Shown: positions 24,589 to 36,375 of the stretch, piece after piece | Layout of the letters: every line of letters starts with the position of its first letter | Numbering within the stretch: position 1 is the stretch's first letter | Assembly: GCA_964255105.1 (NCBI GenBank) | Contig: CAXUWE010000006.1 | Location: 1 to 37,577 of the forward strand | From: Porpidia crustulata | Lineage: Eukaryota | Reading direction: 5' to 3' | DNA: 37,577 nt | Program-made: the position numbers and the translations under genes | Notes under the pieces: model-generated | Database searches by the model: none | What the model saw: only the letters and a program-made list of their open reading frames with translations | What the model was told of the DNA's origin: nothing

Positions 24589-26354
24589 TCCACTAAGAGC
24601 ATGTGTGGATTGTCCTCGTACCTCTGGGAAGTGCATTGTGGACTGATAAGATTTGCCGTTGCTTTGAATTGCGTACACCTTGACTTACGTGGATTACAGC
24701 ATTGCAAGGGAGACAGCTCTTATAGGCGAACAGGAGGTGATTTCGGATATTGTTGAGCCGCAGATCGAATCAGTTCTCTGAAACAACCTTCACTATTACC
24801 TTCAGCTTTCCCACGTCACTGCAACATAATTGATGATTTTGCGAGATGAAATCTCGGGAGAGACAACCTGTCTCAGGACATTTAGGACCAAACCTAGTAG
24901 TGTCCCTATAGAATGAAGATCATTAAGACATATGGAAACACGATGGACAAGCGCCAAAGGATAGGTGATTGGATAAAGCCATATAGATAATTATTCAGAG
25001 AAGTTGAAGTGTAGTCTAACAGAGCTGAAATCTGAAATCTAGTATAACTTCCCTGAGGCATGATGCATTTCCGAGATGCTCAGAACACGATGTGTGCTTA
25101 TCAATTACGTGTTGGGCCTGACTCGACCACAAGAAATGTGATTTCTTCTGGCGCTGGCGAGTGGCTAGCTTCTTCTGACTGTATATAAGTCGCTTCAAGC
25201 GCGCTTGTGACAATTCGACGTTTAGGACGAAGCGGCAACGAATCGTGGATAAGAAGAGGGGTTGAAAGATCTTCAGGAGGAAGACTAGAAGGTGCATAAG
25301 GTCGAGACTGACAAACGTGAAACAATCCATACACAAGTAAGGATTCAATCTCGGAGAAACAATAAGTGGAAGGCAATTTGATTCTCGAAGAAGTCTAATG
25401 AGCATCGGTACGGTTCTGGGAAATGGTCAAGGTGTTGCTTGACTAGCGCATAACAGAGGAGACGTTACCGACGTGAGTCTCTTATTCAATATGACATCCC
25501 ATTACTTTCTATGGAGCGTCTAGTCTTAAGCGTCGAATAAGTAATTGCTGTTCGATCCTCGCCTAGTTGTTCGAGCGCATCCTTAGTTCGCATTCGAGGT
25601 TCCTGTGATGTTGAATTCCACTAGGGAGAGTAGCAGCTGCTCGAACGTTGATTGAAGCCGAAGGGTCTTTGTATTCTGCCGTCATGGCGGCGCGCTCATC
25701 GCTACTTTGCGCTCTAACTGCTCCCTCACCTTCGCGAAGCTTGACCAGACTCACGCCGAAGAGCTCTAGGTTGGGAATGCTCATTCAAGTAAGGACTACT
25801 GAAGTCATCGTCTCCTCCGTCCTGAGTAACGCAGCCATGTTGTGCCGACTCAGATCTCCCTCAGCGCGGTCGTCTTGACCAAGCCCTAAAGGCGCTGCTA
25901 GCAAGGTGTCATCCTGGGCGCACCGTCGCCGAGGTATCGGTCGTCGGGAACATAATCAAATGCCTTTTCCTCACATATAGCTCTTGAATTGTCGATCGTA
26001 CCTAGGATACTTAGTGTTATTTTAGATAGTGTCTCCATAGAAATGTTTTTGGGCCTCTGCAGTAGGATATCATCCTCTAGAAACATGGAGGAATAATGTT
26101 GATCACTGTGAACATGGACTGAATGTCGAGTACGTCGTCGTGTTGGACAATTGGCGTAACATTGCTTTTTGGTGCAAGCGCCCTAGTATCTAAGTTTGTT
26201 TGGAAATATATTCAGATCACCGGAAATATATACAAATCGAAGCCAGCGCAGATACATCAGAGGCTGCTCTGATATCCTCGTCTTCCAACCAAGATCCAAT
26301 CCGCTATGCTATGAAGTGACTGCTATGATTAATTTGCAAAGAGAGAATCCTGCT

Positions 26355-28658
26355 TCATGCGGAAAGTATAAGCTCTGACTTGAGACCATACCCTTTACAT
26401 CTCACCGCCATTTCTAGTCCAAGCTCTCTCATCCTTTCAGCACCTTTTCCGGGTTGACATCTACGCTCCCGCTCTTTACCATTGGTACGGCAATGTTGGC
26501 GCCAGATTTTTTCTCGTCTTCTTTGTCTCCTATGCTCAATGCCCTTGACAATGTCAATCGGCCCGCGACTGTGTGAATCCCGGCCGCCACGTTTCGATGG
26601 ATAACGAGCCGAGTGCTCGTTGAGCTCAGTCGTTCGGGCCTCGAGATGTCGACCCCAGAAGGGGTTAGGTGTCCTTGGTAGTGAAGTCGTATGTGTGAGA
26701 TGAGGGCGTTGAGCAAGATGAGGCAAGTTAAAAGCTTTGGCTCCTTGTCTTGGTGATGTGCATAAGGATGTCCTTCGTGTTGAAGGTGGCGATTTCGTTC
26801 TCCCTTGCAGTAGGACTGGGGCCCACGTACGCTGGGGCGATTGGCCAAAGAGACGGCGTGGCGGTGGAGACCGATGGACCACAGGATGCCGAACTGGCGC
26901 TGGTGAGCGAAGACGTTTTGGGGATGGCATCGGAGATTTGGTTGATCTTCGTGGCAGTCTCTTTCTTTGGCCAGGCGAATGTTCCTCGTCGGACTTATCG
27001 GGTCGTCCCATAATCCACGTTAGCTCGTCACTTCCTGACATGACTACATCATTATCGTCATCGTCCTCTTCCTCAAGATCTGATGTGGGAAAGCTAGGAT
27101 CAATATCCTGCGGGATGACTCTGCGCCTCGAACGTTTGCGCTCTTCCAAGCACGACATATACGCAGCTTCCAGTGGGCGGTCCTCATCAAGGGTTCCACA
27201 GACAAAATCCGTGCTGTCGGGCAGATCCGGAGTACCAGGTCTCATTCTGGAACCCTTTTTTGGTCGAATGGCTGTAGTAGCTCGCCTAGTCAGATCTCCC
27301 GTGACGTGCGCCTTATTTTCCTTAGTGCCCATGGAGTCTATGGAAGAATCCGATTGGAACCTGTGTGTCATTGGACGGATGCGTTCGACGTGGTCCGTAG
27401 ACGTAGCAGCTGTTGTGGGACCAGAAGTTGTCCAGAACTGGTATTGTGAATCCGTATCGCTCTCGTCTTCAGAATCAGCGAAACCCTCCTCATCGTCTGA
27501 CTCATTGCCCCCGTCCGAGGCTTCATCGCTATCGGGATCTTCTTCGTCGTCTAGCTCGTCTAAATTTTCGTCTGACAGGGCTTCTCCGCCAACATCTTCC
27601 TCTAGGGCTTCGTCTTCAGCTTCTTGGCCTAACTTTCGGATAGCGTTTTCTTTTCTTAGAGTATCGTTGACGGTGATTTTCTGCCGGTATGCCGTTTGGT
27701 CCTTTGTCCATTCGTCCTCCGCAATGAAGGATCCTGCAAATTCATGGAATCTGGTCGCCTCAGACCCATCCAGTTTTTTGTTCTTGGGCGTTGATTTCCG
27801 AGACCGAGGAATCCTTGGGCTTCTGGAGACACTATTCATCGAGCTGTTCCTGACAGTTGACTCTGAATCTCGATGTGTTCGGCGACTAGATCCAGGTATT
27901 GAGACATTTTCCGTTGGCTGAGACGACGGATAGCTGTCTACAACAGAGTCGGGCATAGTCTCGACTTTTTCTATGATGCGCACTGCTTCCGAAGTGGGCT
28001 TCGTTGGACATGCGAATCTTAGCATGCAGGGACGTTTCGGCGGATCAGCAACTTTGATGGTTGAAATACTGGCGCGATCTTCAATCTTTGAGACCTGATC
28101 GAACTTGTTTTGTGGGCCTGCTTGACGACCACAAGCAAAGGTGATGCTCCTTTTGCGCCCAGACGGGGCGTCAGTCGTTCGGCCCGGTGGCTTAAAGGGT
28201 GATCCATCTTGTTCAGAGATACTAGGTGCAACAGGGGCACGTATGCGATATTTGGTCACATCGTCTTTCATAGAGACAATTCCGAAATCCGTGTGAGTAG
28301 GAGCCAGAGGTGGACTTGGGGTATTTGTGCGCGCAGGACTTGTCATTCCTTCGTCGCTGGTGAGCACAGGAGCTTCGGAGTCCGAAGGTCCTGTTGGACT
28401 TGGACTCCTGAGAAGTCCTTTGGTAAGAAGCGAAGCTCTTCTATCACCGAGGACTGGTATTTGGGTTGTTGATCTTTGGTTCTGCGACGTGTTTCGCCGC
28501 TCGAAACTAATATGGTTGTCTGGAGGCTCATCCACGTCCGACGAAACCTCTTCCTCCGAGGTGTTGAGTTTGTCGTGAGAAATCCCAGCCCCACCTGATA
28601 TAGACATACTGTGTGCGGATCGAACAAATTCAATTCCCATCTGCTGATGGTGAGCCAT
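26355..28658 (-). CDS. Conserved fungal intrinsically disordered acidic/Pro-rich protein (DUF2457-like)
   Basis: Long single ORF; first ATG at 28658. Motifs RFHEFA, KITVNDTLRKENAIRKLGQEAEDEA, RPGTPDLPDSTDFVCGTLDEDRPLE, PQDIDPSFPTSD, RGPIDIVKG and PGKGAERMRELGLE. The family name is from recall, and the start is uncertain. Confidence 0.82.
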   Translation of the reverse strand: MAHHQQMGIEFVRSAHSMSISGGAGISHDKLNTSEEEVSSDVDEPPDNHISFERRNTSQNQRSTTQIPVLGDRRASLLTKGLLRSPSPTGPSDSEAPVLTSDEGMTSPARTNTPSPPLAPTHTDFGIVSMKDDVTKYRIRAPVAPSISEQDGSPFKPPGRTTDAPSGRKRSITFACGRQAGPQNKFDQVSKIEDRASISTIKVADPPKRPCMLRFACPTKPTSEAVRIIEKVETMPDSVVDSYPSSQPTENVSIPGSSRRTHRDSESTVRNSSMNSVSRSPRIPRSRKSTPKNKKLDGSEATRFHEFAGSFIAEDEWTKDQTAYRQKITVNDTLRKENAIRKLGQEAEDEALEEDVGGEALSDENLDELDDEEDPDSDEASDGGNESDDEEGFADSEDESDTDSQYQFWTTSGPTTAATSTDHVERIRPMTHRFQSDSSIDSMGTKENKAHVTGDLTRRATTAIRPKKGSRMRPGTPDLPDSTDFVCGTLDEDRPLEAAYMSCLEERKRSRRRVIPQDIDPSFPTSDLEEEDDDDNDVVMSGSDELTWIMGRPDKSDEEHSPGQRKRLPRRSTKSPMPSPKRLRSPAPVRHPVVHRSPPPRRLFGQSPQRTWAPVLLQGRTKSPPSTRRTSLCTSPRQGAKAFNLPHLAQRPHLTHTTSLPRTPNPFWGRHLEARTTELNEHSARYPSKRGGRDSHSRGPIDIVKGIEHRRQRRREKIWRQHCRTNGKERERRCQPGKGAERMRELGLEMAVRCKGYGLKSELILSA

Positions 28659-31204
28659 GAAGTCCAATGCGTTAGGCGGCAATTTATCCTCGATGCCGGA
28701 TCGAGAAGTCAAGTGCTGCCCTCGATCAAATGGATATGTTTGAGGACCCCCAATACGTAAGTTTATTCCCCGGTGGATGTTGGTGAGGAGTTCAAGGTAG
28801 TGATCGACTTGCTTGGGTGATTTGCAGTGGTGAGTAGTGTCGAAAGGCCGTGTACAGTTGACGTGCAGATGACAATATCAATGGTGTCCCTGAGGACCGT
28901 GTTGCTATAATAAATCGACCATGATGACGGTATCGATTCACTACTCGCGAGGAGGGCGACCTCCAGGCGTTGGAGCTTCTACACCAGACCCGAAAAGAGG
29001 GTTTGCGACAAGAGCGAACTTCGCCCTGCGCAGTTGAGACGCAGCGATCAGACCTTGGGATTGGAAAGGATCAGGTGTTGGAGAATCGTAGGTGCGGCAG
29101 ATGATGGCAGTGGCTATGTAGGATGGAACGGAACGCGGATTGGTGGCGAGCGAGGTGTGCGACAAATCGACGTTTCTAACAAAGAAACAATGAAACAGCG
29201 AGTCTCACGACGACTTGCGTACGTCGAGGGAGGGAGTATTTGAGATTTGTGAATAAATGACGAGCGCCGCAGGAAAACGGTGAAGAAGAGGTAAACAAGT
29301 AGGGTATTGTAGTAGTGTAGGGGAAGACGGAGGGAGGAGGATGAAGAGAGAGGATTAAGAAGAGGGCGATGATGATAATAATAATACCTGGTAATAGTAA
29401 TAGCAGGTAGTAATTAATATTTTTGCAGTGTCTGGAATGTGTGTGCTGGTAATAGCTAGAGGCCTTTATTACGAGCACGATTCTCGGGCGCCACGGAAAT
29501 AATAATATTAATTAATGTAACTTTTGGTCGGATGACTGAATTGGTTACCAAATATACCCAGATCGGTAGTTAGTTTACGGGACAAACAATTCATGTTCAA
29601 TCAGTCTTCATCTCAACGAATGACTTTCAAAGAGACATCGTTCGGGGCTCTTTGTGCGAGACAGTTCAAGTAATCGGCACATGCAATGAACAAAGGAAAG
29701 GCATGCTTTCACGACTATTTCACTTGTTGAGGTACCGTAATTCGCCGGACTGTTGCTACTGGCCCTCCGGTCATGCATCGACGGCGTTGTATTTGTGGTT
29801 CTCTTCTTTGTAGCGGCGCATAAGATATCTTGGTTTGCGTGGGATGATCCCCATCCATGGAAATAATGCCACCAACCGCACTTTGTATGCAAGCAATGAG
29901 TGCATGGGCAGACCCCTCATTTTCCCGTTTGCCCATATGCCCATTCTCTCATTCCCTCATAGTCTTCGTTCGTCGGCAGAATGGAGGATACGTGGGTAGT
30001 ATCAGAAAAAGAACCACCGGCTTTGCCCAACGTTTATGCGGCTTGCTCAGAAAGGCAGTACAAATCAACAACGTCCTGGTTGCCCAGATTGTTCGACGTA
30101 AGCTCGTAGCAAATACACCACTTGCCCTGCATCAATAGCTCGAACAACCCTCCGATAACGGGTATTGAAAACAACAGTAGGTATGTTTGACGGGTGAACG
30201 GCGACTGACCTTTTCCAAGCTATCTGGAAATCTCAGATTGGAGGAAGTGCTTGTGAAGAGTAGATGGTCCACGCACTCATTCTTGATGTCAAGTAGATCT
30301 ACACTCTACAGAGCCTCTCCAAACTGCGGTGAGCGGGAGGAGTGAACAGGCTGTTGGCCGAATCAAATGGTGTGTGGAAGGGCTTAAGAGCTGCAAACGC
30401 GGTAAATATGGTGCAACGTCGGCCTGGTCACTCCACATTCTCGAATCTCGAAGAACAAATGAACAATGCTGTGGAGTCGAGCAAATTGAACCCAATCGTG
30501 TGCATCGAATCGCTCACCTCATGCATGGCGTCAGTAGTTGTTGCGGGACTCGGCCATCAACTTCACCACTCACCACACACCGCATTCATAGATCCATACT
30601 TACCTGTGCGTTTTGTGTATTATTCAGATATCATACATACAAACAATACGATCTACTTGAACGGTTGCAGTCAGCTTACCACCTCGTATTGACCTTGAAA
30701 GATGCCCATATCGCTCAGCGTTTGGGTACAAGGGTCTGCGATTAGCTATCATAGACGAACAGACCAGACAGCCGTGAGGGCGAGGCAAATGAAGTGTCTA
30801 GAGTACCCCCACTCGCAAATGATTCAAGTTCGTGCACAATCCATTTGTACTGCTTCATTTTAATATTGATGAATTACCGGAGAGTTCTTTTGGACTGAAC
30901 GGCAACACTTTGACTTCTAATTGATGAGTATCTATCTACGAGTCAGCATCTCACTACTCACTTTGGCCCTTCTTTGTGTCAGCTGCCTTCCCTATGCCCG
31001 ATGGTGACATCCCATCCTTTTCAATATCCCATCAGAAGGCATAAACGATTGGTTGCCAGAAATCCCTCAATACCTCAGGCTCGAATTTTATCTACTAGCT
31101 GTTTCGGGTTGTGGCAGTAGTCGTAGAGGTATTATTGAGCATCAAACGACCCCGCTGCCCAATTCCAACAATGGTCTGTTCTCTACCTGGCGCTAGTGAT
31201 ACAT

Positions 31205-31214
31205 GTCACGTGAC
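31205..31214. promoter_or_regulatory. Palindromic E-box GTCACGTGAC (Cbf1/bHLH-type site) in the ATP16 promoter
   Basis: Perfect 10-bp palindrome 80 nt upstream of the ATG; CCAAT-like boxes near 31047 (ATTGG) and 31159. Confidence 0.45.
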
Positions 31215-31294
31215 TTTCATTGCCAGGTAAAGGCACTGGATATTCAAAATTGACATCGATTCTTTCATTGTACAAGCCACATACCACCGCTCAC

Positions 31295-32212
31295 ATGAAT
31301 GCCACTCGTATAGCCCGGGCTACCGCTCGTGTCCGGCCTATCCCGATCCGCCTGCCATTGCAGCGGCGAAACTACGCAGATGCGGTGTCAGACAAGATCA
31401 AGTTGACACTGGCACTCCCCCATCAGGTACGGGACGTTTCTAATTGGGCTCTACATTCTCAAACACATCGGAATTGGTCAAGACTAACTCTGGTGGTCAC
31501 TTTAGTCAATTTACAAATCGACAGACGTGTATGTTCATCAATACCGCCGAGCCCTGCAAATCTGTTACTGTACGACGAGGAGTTTCAGCGCTGACTTTCC
31601 GGGCTGATACAGAGTCCAAGTCAACATACCCGCTGAGTCTGGAGAGATGGGTGTGCTCGCCAACCATGTCCCCTCAATAGAACAATTGAAGCCGGGTCTT
31701 GTGGAAATCATCGAGGAGAGCGGTGGTAGCAAACAATTCTTCCGTATGTGTATATATTAACATGAGAAGTCCATCTTTGGAATACCTTGGTAGCCGCGAG
31801 ATGGCCATGCTGGATTTCTACAAGGCGTACTTGCCTTGGGGCTCATAAGAGCAATGCTGACTCAGGATTCTGTCGTTTAGTATCTGGAGGGTTCGCTATC
31901 GTTCAGCCTGGCTCTCAGCTTAGCATCAATGCCGTTGAGGGCTTCCCGCTTGAAGATTTCAGCGCAGATGTCAGTCCGATTCTCAATCCTTTTGGTGTCA
32001 ATCAACTAAGACATACAATACTCTAGGCCGTCCGATCCCAGATCACCGAAGCACAAAAGATTTCCGGAGGAAGTGGAAGTGAGCAGGATATCGCCGAGGC
32101 GAAAATTGAACTCGAGGTAAGCTCCCTTACAGTTATTCTGCTTTCAGAGCAAAGTTTTAATGACTATCAAATTCCGTAGGTTTTAGAGAGCTTGCAAGCG
32201 TCATTAAAGTAA
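31295..32212 (+). CDS. ATP16: Mitochondrial F1 ATP synthase delta subunit; exons 31295-31426, 31506-31528, 31613-31743, 31881-31969, 32027-32116, 32180-32212
   Basis: Arg-rich presequence ending RRNYADAVSDKIKLTLALPHQ, then SIYKSTDVVQVNIPAESGEMGVLANHVPSIEQLKPG, FFLSGGFAIV, LSINAVEGFPLEDFS and AEAKIELEVLESLQASLK*. Confidence 0.96.
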
Positions 32213-32636
32213 TCACCTCTTCATGTATACTTTGCCCCTGTATTCGTATGAAGATTATAGATACTGGACAAAACTACTTGTGCACACCTTCCGTGCTGTA
32301 CTGTTCCATCGCCCCTGCCAGACTTGTTTGTTCAATTCAATCCAAGTGCAGCTGCAACACGAGATCTCCTGATTCAGATTCATTATCTTCTTTGCCATAA
32401 CATCTTTCTTTCCTCGTCATCTGCATCTCTACCACAGACAGCGAGATCTCATCTTTACTTATCGTTCATGGATTAAACACGCTGAATGGTGCTACTTGAC
32501 TTACCCCGATACTTGCTACAAGCCCACGAAATGCTACTCAGTAATGCAAGTGCAAAGCCGCAGCAGAATTGACAACATTGAAGTTTCTAGACAGCATTCA
32601 GGAAATAGGTATCATTTCAATCCATGTTCCGAGGCC

Positions 32637-34547
32637 ATGGGACCAGTCGTAAAACAAGGGTTTGTGGCAGATCGTGTGCAGAATTTACAAAGGGTAGCAA
32701 GCAAGCTCGAGCAGACTCCTCCGTCTCGAACCCCTTCGACTCCTCGTTCGGTACCCGAAACGGTTCAGACAAACGAATGTGGCCCTTTGCCTGACTCATA
32801 CCCGGTACGTGTGGATGGCAGTTGGTCGTATGGTCCAGAAACTCCTAGGACTCATACCAAGCAGCTTCTCAGTCAAAGCTGTAATGAGAAGCGGTGGATT
32901 AAGTCCAGCCCGTCGACTCCCGTATTACGAACTCCAACCGGCGCAGCACTCTACTGGGATCGGAAGATTCAGAGCTTGCGGCACCCGCCTACGCCAGAGG
33001 CACTAGAGATTCGAAGGCTCAGGAGAGAACAGAGGAGCTACGAGAATGTGAAAGAAAGAACAAGCTCGGTAGTGGAAACTTCCTCCAGGCATCAAAAACA
33101 TCCGCCGCGTCCAACAGATCGTTATGCTCATAACGAACAGCGTGAGCAACAGGAAGCAAGCCCTTCGCAGAACTTCGAAACAATGCAAGAGAGCGGAGAT
33201 GGTAAGCCGCAAAGCCAGTTCCATAAAGCAAATATTGGAGATCAAATGGGTGATATGATCCATCATATTGATCAGGCATTGAGGGAACGGTATGGCTCAA
33301 GCGCCGATCTGGGCAGTGAGGCCCAGGATCCGGACGCTGGTCGTGCTACAGAGGTCATTCATGGGGAGAGAAATGCCTCGCCGCGACGACGACTATTCAG
33401 AGAGTCTCAAGTCCTGCAGACACCAAGCTTATCGGGCGTTACCGGTGCAAGCCAAGTAGAGGCCAGTCGCTCAAACACTGCTCTCACAGATAGCCACTCA
33501 AAATCATCCGAGGATGAGCCGAGACTGAATATGCTTCTTGGTAGTCGAGATGCTCAATCGCTGGTCGGCAAGAAAATCGCTGTTGAGACATCGCTTCCAA
33601 GGAGTCGCTCCGGTGTTGGGTGGGATCCTACTGACCCATTCTCGCCACCTCACGGTGGATCTCGAGCGTTGTCTTCGCGCCATGCTGATGTCCTCGACGA
33701 TGTCCACCAATCTCTGGTGAAAGTCCAGCCCCAATTGACAAATCATACACCTGCTCAGGCCGCGCCTGCAGACATTCTAACCTCTGCCGAAGAGCTGGAA
33801 TCCGTTGATCGACAAATCAATGAATGCCAACGGCCAATCCCCCCAAAGCCGGAATTCGTCGATCGCGACCTCAAATTGCATCGCCGAGCGATCCATGGAG
33901 AGCCGGTACCTGCTTGGCCCGATGGGGTCAACCATCGGCATCAACCCATCCTCAATGTCGGGGATTCCTCAAGTCGACGTCCATCCGACGCCAATCGAAA
34001 GGCCTCTATGTCCTCAATAAGGTCCTCCTCCAGCCAAGGCTCGAAGAAATGGCGCTGGTGGAAGTTGGCCCTCGTCGACAAACAACTTAAGGACCCGGAG
34101 CCTCGCGAACGTCAGTCCACCCCAGATCTGATTGGTCTCGATATACGGGCAAGCAACCAAGGCGAGAAGGTGAAGGACAAAACTACCCCTCATCCGCCGG
34201 TCGAAACGATTCTCGAGGCCGAAGCCGAAAGAGAGCATGCCTCGATCAACGAGGTCCTCGATGCGTCTCCGGAGCGCGGCCTACCGGCCAGGCGTTCCCC
34301 GTCCCTGGCGGAGACCCGAACGCGGAGGTCTACTCAGTGGGTTGCAGCTCTGCCGAGCCCCGGCTCCGTTGACTCAGGCGCGCAGACCCCAGCCCGTCCA
34401 GACGGGTTGCGAGCTTCCGTAGGCCCGGAGGCCAAGAAGAAGGATCAGAGGATCAGGAAAGTGCAGGTCATTGTAAGCTTGGATGGTGCATCAGATTTGG
34501 TGGTCGAGGCAAGCTTGGAGAGGAAGAGGAGGAAGAGCTTCAGCTAG
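32637..34547 (+). CDS. Hypothetical disordered S/P/R-rich protein
   Basis: Long ORF (683 codons from TTG 32496; ATGs at 32544 and 32637). Short ordered-looking blocks GFVADRVQNLQ, KKWRWWKLALVDK and RIRKVQVIVSLDGASDLVVEASL, with a basic C-terminal ERKRRKS. The start is uncertain. Confidence 0.72.
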   Translation: MGPVVKQGFVADRVQNLQRVASKLEQTPPSRTPSTPRSVPETVQTNECGPLPDSYPVRVDGSWSYGPETPRTHTKQLLSQSCNEKRWIKSSPSTPVLRTPTGAALYWDRKIQSLRHPPTPEALEIRRLRREQRSYENVKERTSSVVETSSRHQKHPPRPTDRYAHNEQREQQEASPSQNFETMQESGDGKPQSQFHKANIGDQMGDMIHHIDQALRERYGSSADLGSEAQDPDAGRATEVIHGERNASPRRRLFRESQVLQTPSLSGVTGASQVEASRSNTALTDSHSKSSEDEPRLNMLLGSRDAQSLVGKKIAVETSLPRSRSGVGWDPTDPFSPPHGGSRALSSRHADVLDDVHQSLVKVQPQLTNHTPAQAAPADILTSAEELESVDRQINECQRPIPPKPEFVDRDLKLHRRAIHGEPVPAWPDGVNHRHQPILNVGDSSSRRPSDANRKASMSSIRSSSSQGSKKWRWWKLALVDKQLKDPEPRERQSTPDLIGLDIRASNQGEKVKDKTTPHPPVETILEAEAEREHASINEVLDASPERGLPARRSPSLAETRTRRSTQWVAALPSPGSVDSGAQTPARPDGLRASVGPEAKKKDQRIRKVQVIVSLDGASDLVVEASLERKRRKSFS

Positions 34548-35127
34548 ACGAGCGTGCACGGGCTGGCGACGGAGTGTTGTTGAGACGATGTTTGGGTCTA
34601 GCGTCACTGTTCAGGAAATGGAGTGGTGACAACGGAGCTGTACTCCAGGTACGCCAAGAACTACAACATCACATTTCCCGGGGTTTTGACGAGCAATTCT
34701 TTGTACTGGGTAGTATAGCACGTCAGGATGCATTCGTAATTATGTTTCTGGGGCATAGCGAAATCATCCATCCCCGTTATCAGGTTTACCTATTTGATCT
34801 ACCCCCTATTGAGATGTTGATTATTGGTGAACTTTCTTACGTGAGGACAAATCTCTTTTGTATGTGAGGTAGTTCCTCAGTCGAACTAAGTATGCTTTAG
34901 CGAACAGCATAGAAAGTATCTGATCGACCGTAGAGTATTGGGGTCGAGAGCGACGTGACGTAACTCTTTGGCCAAACGCCGTCCCTTGGTCTCATCCGCA
35001 TTACCCATTCGTCAATTGGTGTCACCAGCCCAAGACTGGGCCTAAGCAATCTCAGGGGTAGTCGCCTCAATGATCTACAAAAGACGACCCATACCACGCA
35101 ACGATACCATAAGACCTGCTTCGATTC

Positions 35128-35821
35128 TCATCCATGGTATATGTCGTCTGGACTAATCCTGAAATTCTCGCCATTTTTTCTAACATGCTGCAGATTCTTG
35201 TCCCGGCACAAAGGCTTTCGCATATCGAAAGCGTCTTCCCCGGCTTTCCTTCCTGTCGGGTCGTCGCTGTAGTATTCGACCACTCGTCGGAAAACGCTGT
35301 ATCTGCTTGCTTGTGAGCGACTTGCTCTGGAAGCTCGGGGGAGCCGTTCAACATACCCCATGCCTTTATACAGGCCCGTAGCGGTGTCGTTGCCTTCTCT
35401 GACGAACAGGTCCACGAACCACGCATTCTGATCCTCGCACCCGCGCTCCAGAGCTTGCGTCAAATCTTTGGCGAGTCCGAGTCGTCTATACTGCGGGGCA
35501 ACGCTTAGAGCGGTGACATGGCCGTGCCATGGGAGGTAATGCTCCATGAATTGTAGGAGTGAAGGGTCTTCTTCGACTTTGCCCATCACTAGTAGGACCT
35601 CTAAATAAGCTATGTACTTTTACGTTCCTTGAAGCCTCTCGGGAGCACCAACTATAGCCAATTACATTTCCATCCTGATCTTCTGCGACAGTGAAGAGAG
35701 ATGGCCATGTCATGAGGTAGTGGAGATAGAAATCGAGACTATAATTTTCCGTAAGGGGATCGAGGTTGGTGAGGTTCATGCGAAGGAGGTCTTGAGGACG
35801 AAAAGCGCGGAGAGAAGTCAT
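35128..35821 (-). CDS. NAT3: N-terminal acetyltransferase B catalytic subunit (Nat3/NAA20); exons 35821-35653, 35588-35357, 35302-35128
   Basis: MTSLRAF..NLTNLDPLTENY, WPSLF, WHGHVTALSVAPQYRRLGLA, FVDLFVREGN, GYSVFRRVVEYY and EDAFDMRKPL. Introns 35652-35589 and 35356-35303. Confidence 0.95.
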
Positions 35822-36375
35822 TGTAAGGGGTATAGGCCGGGAGGTCTGATGGTATGTGCAAACAGTGTTGTGCGGCCTATTGTACAAGCACGTAGAGGCC
35901 GTCGATGAAATCCACGCATACCTTGAGAACTTGAGTGTCGAAATGACACCAGAGTAGATAGGGCAAGCCCTGGGTCCATGCATGGGGAGCGGGAATAACC
36001 GGAGAGCCGCCAAGAGCTGCAAGCTACCCGACGCGCTTTACCAGATTGGATCAGCAGGCTCAAAAGTGCAAGTATTGCCAACTCTCTACTAGTTGCAGCA
36101 TCCTGCTACTAGGATTTTAAATTGACTGTGCTCAGTATCGTGGTTCCTTCCTATACAACCCCAATTGTATTTAGCTTTTTATCCATCCCTGGGTCCATGT
36201 TCTCACTCCGGCACGCCTTCACATACTAGAACCCTTTCTTCTGCTGAGAGAATCTGCGAATAAAGAAGAACAAAGCTCGGCTGGACGCAATGTTCAGCAA
36301 TTAGGTTCCGCGACTACAAACTGCCATCAGTATCACGTCCCAAGCTCTGATCGGTAAAGCTCTGGCGCATTTAAA

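Noticed and set aside
26737..27921. 394-aa plus-strand ORF
   Set aside because: Antisense shadow of the DUF2457-like gene; its Ser runs mirror Asp/Glu codons.
30866..30950. Possible box C/D snoRNA (TGATGA..CTGA..TGATGA)
   Set aside because: No terminal D box or stem, and no convincing rRNA complement recognised.
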